Assembly: GCA_041397845.1 (NCBI GenBank)
Contig: JAWKVW010000006.1
Coordinates: 6,061 to 70,060 of the forward strand
Length of the DNA: 64,000 bases
DNA from: Hyphomicrobiales bacterium
GTDB lineage: Bacteria > Pseudomonadota > Alphaproteobacteria > Rhizobiales > JAKPQE01
Direction: 5' to 3'
Both the position numbers and the translations under genes were made by a program. The stretch's first letter is position 1; each line of letters begins with the position of its first letter. Under the pieces are notes generated by a model. The model searched no databases. It was not told the origin of the DNA and was given only the letters and a program-made list of their open reading frames with translations. Positions 34,899 through 43,200 of this stretch are shown in pieces.

Positions 34899-35269
34899 CA
34901 GTGTTCCCTCGTCTCGACGATCTCGCCGGTCGCGGCATCGACCAGCATGACGGACCGGGCGCCGGCACCGTCGATGAGCTTGAAGCGATAAAGCCACTGC
35001 CCATCGCGGCGGGCAAAGGAGATGTCGACGATTTCGGCGTTTTCCGGCAGCGACGGCTTGATCCTGCCGAGGATCTCGGCGAGCGGGCGGACCTCGCCAC
35101 GCTCCAGCGCCTCATGGGCCAGATCGTGATCGTCGGCGTCGTGGTCGTCGTCGTGATGGCGGTGGCGCCGATCGGCAAGGGCCGGCCCGGCAGCGAGCGC
35201 GGCCATGCCGACGAGGGCCTGCAAGGCGGCCCTGCGGCTCATCCAGCGCGCGCTATCCGGTCGCGACAT
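34898..35269 (-). CDS. PepSY-domain periplasmic protein with a His/Asp-rich segment
   Basis: Signal MSRPDSARWMSRRAALQALVGMAALAAGPALA, then DRRHRHHDDDHDADDHDLAHEA, then a PepSY-like region RPLAEILGRIKPSLPENAEIVDISFARRDGQWLYRFKLIDGAGARSVMLVDAATGEIV. Its stop shares a base with the response regulator ATG. Confidence 0.7.
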   Translation of the reverse strand: MSRPDSARWMSRRAALQALVGMAALAAGPALADRRHRHHDDDHDADDHDLAHEALERGEVRPLAEILGRIKPSLPENAEIVDISFARRDGQWLYRFKLIDGAGARSVMLVDAATGEIVETREH

Positions 35270-35333
35270 CAATCCCCTGCCCTTCTCCAACGGCGCCCGC
35301 CGCCGGCCGCCACACGCCCAGAATACGCCGGCA

Positions 35334-35837
35334 TCAATCGTCTTCGTAATAGCCCATCTCGGCGCCGCGATGGCAGGCGACGCAATTGGCCTTCGACTTG
35401 ACGCGCGGATCCTCGAAAGCGCCCGGCCGGACTTCGCCGCGATGCTCGCGGATCCAGTACGGCGTCCCGGAGATGCGCAGCGGCGTGTCGGACGCGCCGA
35501 GGCCGCGCATGAAATGGTTGTCGCGGCCGCTGGCGTCACCTGCATTGGCGACGAGGTAGCCGGTGATGGCTTTCGCCTTGTCATCGGGCAGCGCGGCGTT
35601 CTCGCCGAAGTGGTCGGAAAGGCCGTTCATGATGGCGGTCCAGGAACGGGCCGGCAGCATCGCCGGCTGGAAGGCCATGTGGCAGGCGCCGCATTCCTCG
35701 ATGGTCGCCATATCGGTCACGGCACCCAGTCGCCGGCCCTCGCCGTCACGGTCGGCGCGGGCGGCGGTGACGGTCGCGGCAGCGATGGCCGAGCCGATGG
35801 TGGCGACGGCGGCAAGGGCCAGAATGGTTCTCGTCAT
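35334..35837 (-). CDS. Diheme cytochrome c (DHC family)
   Basis: Signal peptide MTRTILALAAVATIGSAIAAA and two CxxCH motifs (CGACH, CVACH). Overall pattern ECGACHMAF.P..LP..SW..IM.GL.DHFGE.A.L. Confidence 0.75.
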   Translation of the reverse strand: MTRTILALAAVATIGSAIAAATVTAARADRDGEGRRLGAVTDMATIEECGACHMAFQPAMLPARSWTAIMNGLSDHFGENAALPDDKAKAITGYLVANAGDASGRDNHFMRGLGASDTPLRISGTPYWIREHRGEVRPGAFEDPRVKSKANCVACHRGAEMGYYEDD

Positions 35838-35865
35838 GATGTGAATTCCTTTCAAATTAGCCGGC

Positions 35866-36291
35866 TTATTTACCAGACATGAATGTGATGAAGTCGCCCT
35901 TTTCCGTCGCGGTACATTCGCGGCCGAGGACGCTCTTGCAATTGCGGCCGAACCATTTCTCGATCTTGGCCATATCGGTGTAGCGATCGGGCGACTTCGA
36001 GACGGCCATCGGGGCGATGTCCTTGCCGGCACGGGTGCGGCCGCCCGACGCCGGATTGTCGGTGTGGCAAGCGGTGCAGGCCGGCGTTTCAGCCTCGCCG
36101 CCTGAGAAACGGGTGCGATAGAGCGCCTCGCCACGGGCGGCCGAAAACCCGGAAAAACCGGGGTTTTCCGCCTTGGCCGCAGCGGCGAAATGGTTGATCG
36201 CGGCCTCCCTTGCAGGGTTCGCCAGGGCCGGCAGGGTGATGGCGGCAAGGAGCGGCAGGGCCAGAAGTGCTCGACGGCAACGGGTTTTCAT
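35866..36291 (-). CDS. DUF1924/SHP-type monoheme cytochrome c
   Basis: Signal peptide MKTRCRRALLALPLLAAITLPALA, a single CTACH heme site, and the tail ...KWFGRNCKSVLGRECTATEKGDFITF. About 140 aa, the typical size. Confidence 0.7.
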   Translation of the reverse strand: MKTRCRRALLALPLLAAITLPALANPAREAAINHFAAAAKAENPGFSGFSAARGEALYRTRFSGGEAETPACTACHTDNPASGGRTRAGKDIAPMAVSKSPDRYTDMAKIEKWFGRNCKSVLGRECTATEKGDFITFMSGK

Positions 36292-36305
36292 CTCGTGTCA
36301 TTCCC

Positions 36306-37454
36306 TCATTGTTTCGACAGGTCCGGAATGGCGATCGCCGCGTCGTCGAAGCGACCGGTCCCGGCGTCGCCATGGCAGGCGCCGCAGGCGCCGCGAGCAC
36401 CGACTTTTAAGTCGGCAAATGTTCCGTCGTCGATACCAGCGTGGCGGCGCTTCCAGAACGGCGTCGCGGTGATGCGCAGCGGGTCGGCGGGATCGCGGCG
36501 ACGGAACCAGTTAGCCGCCTTTGTGTCGTATTCGGTGGCGCTGTTGGCGAGCAGATAGGTGGCGAGGCGGTTGACGGTCTCGGGCGGCAGCGTGGCGTCC
36601 TCGCCGAAGTGGCGATCGAGCCCCTTCAGCATCGATTGCCATTCGGCGGCGCCGGCAAGGCTCGGATGGAAGGCGATATGGCAATCGCCGCATTCAGTCC
36701 GATAGACGGGATCGAGCGGCGCCTGCGGCACGCCGCGTCCCGGCAGGCTGGCGAACGCCATGGTGCCGGCGGCACCCACGCCGCCGACAAGCGCGACGAA
36801 GGCGAGCGCCGGGACGGTCCTTGCCGTTGCCGGACGCGGATGATCGGCGGGCACAAGCGCCGGCTTGCGGCCGGTGACCATCGCGCCGGCGAGGTTGATG
36901 CGCTCGGCAAGGCTGGAAAGCACGACGCCGGCAACATGGGCGGCGACGAGACCAAGCAGGGCAAACGCCAGGATTTCGTGCAGCTCGCGGACGACGCTGC
37001 CTGCCGCAAAACTCGTGATGAAGGCCAGCGGCCCGCGCTTCTCGACGCCGCCAAGAGCGATGACGCCGCTCAGGACGAGTGCCGCGAGGACGGCGAGCAG
37101 CGCGAAGACCATCAGCGCGCCGAGGGGATTGTGGCCGCGATAGTGCGGCGCCCGATGGCCGATGTGAGCGCGGAGGTAATCGAGCGTGCGGGCCGGCGCA
37201 TAGAGAAAGGCGCTGAAGCGCGCATGGGACGAGCCGGCGATGCCCCAGGCGAGGCGCAGGACGAGCAGCAGGGCGATCGCGGCACCGGCGACGAGGTGCA
37301 GGTTCAGCCAGTTTTCCGGAAGGAGAAAGCCGGAGACCATCGCCACGGCGACGGTCGCGACGAGGGACCAGTGAAAGAGACGGATCAGCCGATCCCAGAC
37401 GGCGATCGTATCGACCGGCTGAGCCGCTTTCCTGCCGTCCCGTCCAATCGTCAT
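36306..37454 (-). CDS. Membrane cytochrome b (b561/Ni-hydrogenase cytochrome b family) fused to a C-terminal diheme cytochrome c (DHC) domain
   Basis: The N-terminal half has 4 TM segments with conserved His (VWDRLIRLFHWSLV..., ELHEILAFALLGLVAAHV). The C-terminal 150 aa carries CGDCH and CGACH and aligns by eye with the free DHC gene. ATG at 37452-37454. Confidence 0.75.
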   Translation of the reverse strand: MTIGRDGRKAAQPVDTIAVWDRLIRLFHWSLVATVAVAMVSGFLLPENWLNLHLVAGAAIALLLVLRLAWGIAGSSHARFSAFLYAPARTLDYLRAHIGHRAPHYRGHNPLGALMVFALLAVLAALVLSGVIALGGVEKRGPLAFITSFAAGSVVRELHEILAFALLGLVAAHVAGVVLSSLAERINLAGAMVTGRKPALVPADHPRPATARTVPALAFVALVGGVGAAGTMAFASLPGRGVPQAPLDPVYRTECGDCHIAFHPSLAGAAEWQSMLKGLDRHFGEDATLPPETVNRLATYLLANSATEYDTKAANWFRRRDPADPLRITATPFWKRRHAGIDDGTFADLKVGARGACGACHGDAGTGRFDDAAIAIPDLSKQ

Positions 37455-37825
37455 CTTCCCGTCTCCACCATCGCTCGCCGTCCAATCCGGAACCGGACGT
37501 GCCGTGCCGCTTCGGGGCTTTGCGAGGGCAGGCACGGCACGCCACTTCCGGGTGGCGCCACGGACGGGGCGCCGGGTTCGATCGGCCGGTTCCCGGGAGG
37601 GACGGCCGACCCGTCGATGCGCGGCCCCGCGACCGGGGATGCGTCAGCGGTGGCGGGGCCGATCCCGCATCGACACGGACGGTTCTAGCGAAGGGGTCGT
37701 GACGCGCGGCTGTCGGGCGCTGTCAGCGTCCCGTCAGCTTCAGCGGGGGATCGCGATGGCGCGTTGCCGGCGCCCTCTTCCTACTTTAGTTTGCAGTCTC
37801 CCGGCAGGATGGAGCGGCAGGCGGA

Positions 37826-38533
37826 ATGCAGGATTTCGGCGAAGCTGTCGGCCTTGCAGGCCGACTTCTCCTTTCAGGAGACGAAACGCTCGGCGAGATC
37901 GTGTGGCTGTCGCTGAAGATCAACGCCGGCGCGGTGGCGCTCGCCGCCACGATCGGCATGCCGCTCGGGGCGACGCTGGCGGTCGCGCGCTTTCCCGGAC
38001 GACAGGCGATCGTCGTCCTCATCAATTCGCTGATGGGCCTGCCGCCGGTCGTCGTCGGACTGCTCGTCTACCTGATGCTGTCGAATGCCGGGCCGCTCGG
38101 CGTGCTGCAACTGCTGTACACACCGACGGCGATGATCATCGCCCAGACGGTGCTGGTTACGCCGATCATCACGGCGCTGACGCGGCAGGTGATCGAGGAT
38201 CTCGACGCGGAATACCGCGAACAGCTCGATTCCTTTGCCGTCAGCGGCCTTGCCCGGATCGGCACGCTGCTGCTCGACGCGCGCGCCAGTCTCGTCACGG
38301 CCGTGCTTGCCGGCTTCGGCCGCTCCGTTGCCGAGGTCGGCGCCGTCATCATCGTCGGCGGCAACATCAACCACGTCACCCGGGTGATGACGACCGCGAT
38401 CGCGCTCGAGACATCGAAGGGCAATCTGGCGCTGGCGCTGGCGCTCGGCTTCGTGCTGCTGACGCTGGCGATCGCCGTCAACGGCGCGGTCGGCGGATTG
38501 CGGCTTGCCATGGTGCGGGGCGCCCATGCTTGA
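37826..38533 (+). CDS. tupB: ABC transporter permease, tungstate (TupB)-type
   Basis: 235 aa with 5-6 TM segments and the EAA-like loop LDAEYREQLDSFAVSGLARIGTLLLDAR. Sits in an operon with TupC- and TupA-like genes. Confidence 0.65.
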   Translation: MQDFGEAVGLAGRLLLSGDETLGEIVWLSLKINAGAVALAATIGMPLGATLAVARFPGRQAIVVLINSLMGLPPVVVGLLVYLMLSNAGPLGVLQLLYTPTAMIIAQTVLVTPIITALTRQVIEDLDAEYREQLDSFAVSGLARIGTLLLDARASLVTAVLAGFGRSVAEVGAVIIVGGNINHVTRVMTTAIALETSKGNLALALALGFVLLTLAIAVNGAVGGLRLAMVRGAHA

Positions 38534-39278
38534 GCGGCCGATCATCAGCCAGCCGGCGCGCACCGCCTCGATGCCGCTCGTCGTCGAGGACCTCGTTTTC
38601 GCGACCGGCGGGCGGCGGCTCATCGACGGTATCAGCCTCAGGCTCGAGGCTGGCCGGCGCACCGCGATCATGGGCCCGAACGGAGCCGGCAAGAGCCTGT
38701 TCCTCAGGCTCATTCACGGTCTCATCGCGCCGAGCTCGGGCCGCGTCACCTGGAATGGCCGCCCGCCGGAGCGTGATGTCCGCCTTGCCCAGGCGATGGT
38801 GTTCCAGCGGCCGGTGCTGCTGCGCCGCTCGGTCGCGGCGAATATCGACTATGCCCTCAAGGCCCATGGCGTTGCCCGGCGGGAGCGGACCGCGCGGGCG
38901 GCGGCGGCGCTTGAACAGGCCGGGCTCGGCCATCTTGCCGGCCAGGCGGCGCGCCTGCTTTCCGGCGGCGAGCAGCAGCGCCTCGCGGTGGCGCGGGCCA
39001 TCGCCGTTGCGCCGGACGTGCTGCTGCTCGACGAGCCGACCTCGAGCCTTGATCCGCATTCGACCCTCAAGGTGGAAATGCTGATCGCGCGGGCAGCGCA
39101 GGACGGCGCCCGCATCGTTCTCGTCACGCACGACCCCGGGCAGGCGAAACGGTTCGCCGACGAGGTCCTGTTCCTGCATCGCGGCCGGCTTCTGGAACAT
39201 ACCCCGGCCGAGATCTTCTTCGATACGCCGCGCTCGGCGGAAGCCCGGAGCTTCCTTGCCGGCGAACTCGTTCTTTGA
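38526..39278 (+). CDS. tupC: ABC transporter ATP-binding protein (TupC-type)
   Basis: Walker A GPNGAGKS, signature LSGGEQQRLAVARA, Walker B LLLDEPTSSLD. The start overlaps the tupB end. Confidence 0.7.
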   Translation: MLERPIISQPARTASMPLVVEDLVFATGGRRLIDGISLRLEAGRRTAIMGPNGAGKSLFLRLIHGLIAPSSGRVTWNGRPPERDVRLAQAMVFQRPVLLRRSVAANIDYALKAHGVARRERTARAAAALEQAGLGHLAGQAARLLSGGEQQRLAVARAIAVAPDVLLLDEPTSSLDPHSTLKVEMLIARAAQDGARIVLVTHDPGQAKRFADEVLFLHRGRLLEHTPAEIFFDTPRSAEARSFLAGELVL

Positions 39279-39301
39279 CCATCGACCCCACGGGAAAAAC
39301 C

Positions 39302-40126
39302 ATGCGCGTCCTTGCTGCCATTGTTGCTGCCGCCACGCTTCTCATCGCGCAGAGCCTTGCAACGCTCGGCGACGGGAAATTCATCATCGTCCAGTCGACG
39401 ACCTCGACGCAGAATTCCGGCCTGCTCGACTATCTGCTGCCGATCTTCACGGCCAAGACCGGGATCGAGGTCCGGGTGGTGGCGGTCGGCACCGGCCAGG
39501 CGATCAAGAACGCCGCCAATGGCGACGGCGACGTGCTGCTCGTCCATGCCAAGGCGGCGGAGGAGAAGTTCGTTGCCGAGGGCTATGGCGTGAAGCGCTT
39601 CGACCTCATGTACAACGACTTCGTGATCGTCGGCCCGGCCGCCGACCCGGCCGGCATCAACGGCTCGCACGACGTTGTCGCAGCACTGCAGAAGATCGCC
39701 GGGGCGAGTGCGCCGTTCGCCTCGCGCGGCGATGATTCCGGCACGCACAAGGCGGAAATGAAGCTCTGGAAGGCGGCGGGCATCGACCCGACGGCGGCGA
39801 GCGGCGGCTGGTATCGCGAGACCGGCTCGGGGATGGGCCAGACGCTCAACACCGGCGTCGAGATGGGCGCCTATGTGCTGACCGACCGGGCGACCTGGGT
39901 CGCCTTCGGCAACAAGGGCAACTTCACCATCGCCGTCGAGGGCGACGACAAGCTCTTCAACCAGTACGGCGTCATTCTCGTCAACAAGGAGAAGCTTTCG
40001 AACGTCAAGTCCGATCTCGGGCAGGCGTTCGTCGACTGGCTGATCTCCGGCGAAGGCCAGGCGGCGATCGCCGCCTTCCGCGTCGAGGGCCAGCAGCTCT
40101 TCTTCCCGAACGCCAGGAGCGAATAG
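39302..40126 (+). CDS. tupA: Tungstate-type periplasmic substrate-binding protein (TupA family)
   Basis: Signal MRVLAAIVAAATLLIAQSLA. FIIVQSTTSTQNSGLLDYL is the TTTS-like anion-binding motif, and SRGDDSGTH follows. Alternative start at 39275. Confidence 0.65.
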   Translation: MRVLAAIVAAATLLIAQSLATLGDGKFIIVQSTTSTQNSGLLDYLLPIFTAKTGIEVRVVAVGTGQAIKNAANGDGDVLLVHAKAAEEKFVAEGYGVKRFDLMYNDFVIVGPAADPAGINGSHDVVAALQKIAGASAPFASRGDDSGTHKAEMKLWKAAGIDPTAASGGWYRETGSGMGQTLNTGVEMGAYVLTDRATWVAFGNKGNFTIAVEGDDKLFNQYGVILVNKEKLSNVKSDLGQAFVDWLISGEGQAAIAAFRVEGQQLFFPNARSE

Positions 40127-40188
40127 CGCCGGCCCTCGGCTGGCAACCACTCTGCTTCGACTTTGACCGGCCGCTGCTCCGCCCGGAC

Positions 40189-40236
40189 CCTGATTGCGGC
40201 TATTCAGCCTGGATCCTGAATTGCGGCTATTCAGCC
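40189..40236. repeat. Tandem duplication (about 26 bp) of CCTGA(A)TTGCGGCTATTCAGCC; each unit is a small hairpin, and the second unit contains the kinase stop codon
   Basis: cctgattgcggctattcagcc tggat cctgaattgcggctattcagcc. CTGAAT/ATTCAG form the arms. TAG of the minus-strand kinase lies at 40227-40229. Confidence 0.8.
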
Positions 40237-43200
40237 GCGGGACGCTGCACCCGCCATTGCGCCAGCACGGCACGCAATGCTGCCGGCTTCAGCGGCTTGT
40301 TGAGGACGCCGATATTGCGATCGCGGGCGGCGTCGCGAACGCTCGGCGAGCGGTCGGCGGTGATCAGCACCGCCGGCAGGCCGGCGCCGAACCGGCTGCG
40401 CAGGGAGCTCACCGTTTCAAGGCCGGTGCCCTCGTCGAGGTGATAGTCGACAAGCACCACATCGGGCGAGCCGCCGCGATCGCGGAGCTGTTTCAGCGCC
40501 TCGCGGGTCGAGCCGGCCTTCAGCACCGTGCAGCCCCAGCCGGACAGCAGCGCTTCCATGCCGTCGAGGATGCGGGCCTCGTTGTCGATGCAGAGCACGG
40601 TCATGCCGGCCAACTGGGTTGCCGGTGTCGGCATGGCGGTCGGCTCGGTGCGAGCTGAAATCTGGCTTTCGGCGAGCGGTATCTCGACGGAGAATTTCGA
40701 GCCGCGACCGGGCGTCGAGGTCAGCGTCACCGGATGGTCGAGGACGCGGGAGATGCGCTCGACGATGGACAGGCCGAGCCCGAGGCCGCGGGCGGCCCTG
40801 GCGCCGGCCTCGAGGCGCTGGAATTCCTTGAAGATCACCTTCTGCTTGGCGAGCGGAATGCCAAGTCCGGTATCGAAGACGTCGACGCGCACCTTGCCGC
40901 GCCGGCGCCGGCAGCCGACGAGAACACGGCCGGAGGCGGTGTACTTGATGGCGTTCGAGACAAGGTTCTGCAAAAGGCGGCGGAGCAGGCGGCGGTCCGA
41001 GCGGACAGTGAGGCCGGAGGGCACGATCACCAGATCGAGCTTCTTTTCCTTGGCGAGCGGAGCGTATTCGACGGCAAGCTGGTTGAGGATCTCGTCGAGG
41101 CGGAAGGTGCCGATCTCCGGCTTCAGGGCGCCGGCATCGAGGCGCGAGATGTCGAGAACGGCGCCGATGATTTCCTCGACCGCCTCGAGCGAGGCATCGA
41201 CATTCTGGATCAGCCGGCGGTCCTCGTCGCCGGAATGGCGCTCGACAAGGCTCGTCACATAAAGACGGGCGGCGTTCAGCGGCTGGAGAATGTCGTGGCC
41301 GGCGGCGGCAAGGAAGCGCGTCTTGCCGATATTGGCCTCGTCGGCGATCGACTTGGCGCGGGCGAGTTCCTGGTTGAGCCGGGTCAGCTCCTCGGTGCGG
41401 TCGCGGACGCGAACCTCCAGCGTCTCCTTGGCGCGCTCGAGCGCATCGGCGGCGGCAACCCGGTCGGTGATGTCGGTATAGGTGGCGACGATGCCGCCGC
41501 CGGGCATGGCGTTCGGCCGCACTTCGAGAACGACGCCGGTCGAATGCATGCGCTCCTGGAAGGTCTGCATGGAGACGACGAAGCGGTCGATGCGGTCGGC
41601 GACGATGGCGTCGGGATCGCCGGGGCCGAGCTCGCCGCGCTCGGCGTTGAACCGCAGGATCGTGTGCAGGGAAATTCCGACCTGGCCGAACTCGGTCGGC
41701 AGGCCGAGCATGTCGCGGAAATGGCGGTTCCAGCAGATGAGGCGCAGGTCACGATCGAAGACGCAGATGCCCTGGCGCACCTGATCGAGCGCGGTCTGCA
41801 GGAGGTCGCGGTTGTACTGGATGGCGGCGGAGGCGTCGTCGAGGAGTTTCAGCGCGCCCTTGGTCGAGGCATCGGAGCGCTTGAGGAGCAGCGACAGGAC
41901 GAGGCGGGACGAGGCCGCGCCGATGGCGCTTGCCAGCAATTGCTCGGAATAGCGCAGCAGGTGGGCGTCGACCTCGCGATGGGGCTCGAGCGACAGGCTG
42001 CGGGCCTCGGCAAAGCTGTTGAACGAGCGCTCGGTCCGCTCCTCGCCGAGATAGCGCGCGACCGTCGAGCGCAGGTCGCCGACGGTGGTCGTGGTGCGGA
42101 AGAGGCGCAGGGCCGGCGCCTGGGTGAACTCGGCCGGCACGAACAGGTTGGCCTGCAGCCGCTCGATCGGCTCCGGCATGCGGGCGAGCGAAACGACAAC
42201 GAAGGCAAGGACGTTGAAGGTGAGGCTCCAGAAGACGCCGTGAGTCAGCGGATCGAAGGCGAAGGAGAGGAGCGCCTGCGGCTTCAGGAGGCCGATGCCG
42301 AAGGGGCCGTCGTGGATGATCGATTCGGGCACGATGCCCGAGGCGGCGAAGTTCGGCAGCAGCAGCGTATAGGCCCAGACGGCGAAGCCGACGCTCATGC
42401 CGGCGATGGCACCGCGGGCGGTGGCGCGCCGCCAGATCAGGCCGCCGACGAAAGCCGGCGCGAACTGGGCGATCGCAGCAAAGGACAGAAGGCCGATCGA
42501 GGCGAGCGCGGCGGTGTTGCCGGCCAGCCGGTAATAGGCATAGGCGAGCAGCAGGATGACGAAGATCGACAGGCGGCGGATGTTGAGCAGCAACGTGCCC
42601 ATGTCGCTCGCATCGTCGCGCTCGCGCGTGCCGCGGCGCAGGACCAGCGGCATGACGAGATCGTTCGAGATCATGATGGCAAGGGCGACCGTCGCAACGA
42701 TGACCATGGCGGTCGCCGCCGAGAGCCCGCCGATGAAGGCGGCGAGAGAGACGAGGCCGTTGCCCGCCGCCATCGGCAGGCGCAAGACGAAGGTATCGGC
42801 GTCGACCGCGCCGCCGAAATGGACGAGACCGGCGACCGAGACCGGAATGACGAAGAGATTGATGGCGACGAGATAGACCGGGAAGAGCCAGGCGGCGCGG
42901 CGCAGCTCGTTCGGCGCGTTGTTCTCGACCACCGTCACATGAAACTGGCGCGGCAGCAGGAGGCCGGCAAAGAGCGACAGCAGCGTCATGGTGATCCAGG
43001 TGCCGCCGCTGAGGTCGCGGCCAAGAAGGTCGGCGGTGATCCCGGCTTCGTCGGCGATCGCGAAGAGCTGCTGCGGCCCGTCGAAAATGCCGTAGACGAC
43101 GTAAAAGCCGACGGCGAGGAAGGCAACGAGCTTGACCACCGACTCGGCGGCGATCGCCAGCATCAGGCCTTCCTGGTGTTCGGTAGCGTCGATGTGGCGG

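Noticed and set aside
37455-37825. Moco/Tuco riboswitch upstream of tupBCA
   Set aside because: The context is attractive. However, I could not find the conserved elements I remember for the Moco motif (a CUCCGAGCC-like segment and a 3' GCCUCCC) on either strand. Kept only as a generic structured-RNA candidate.
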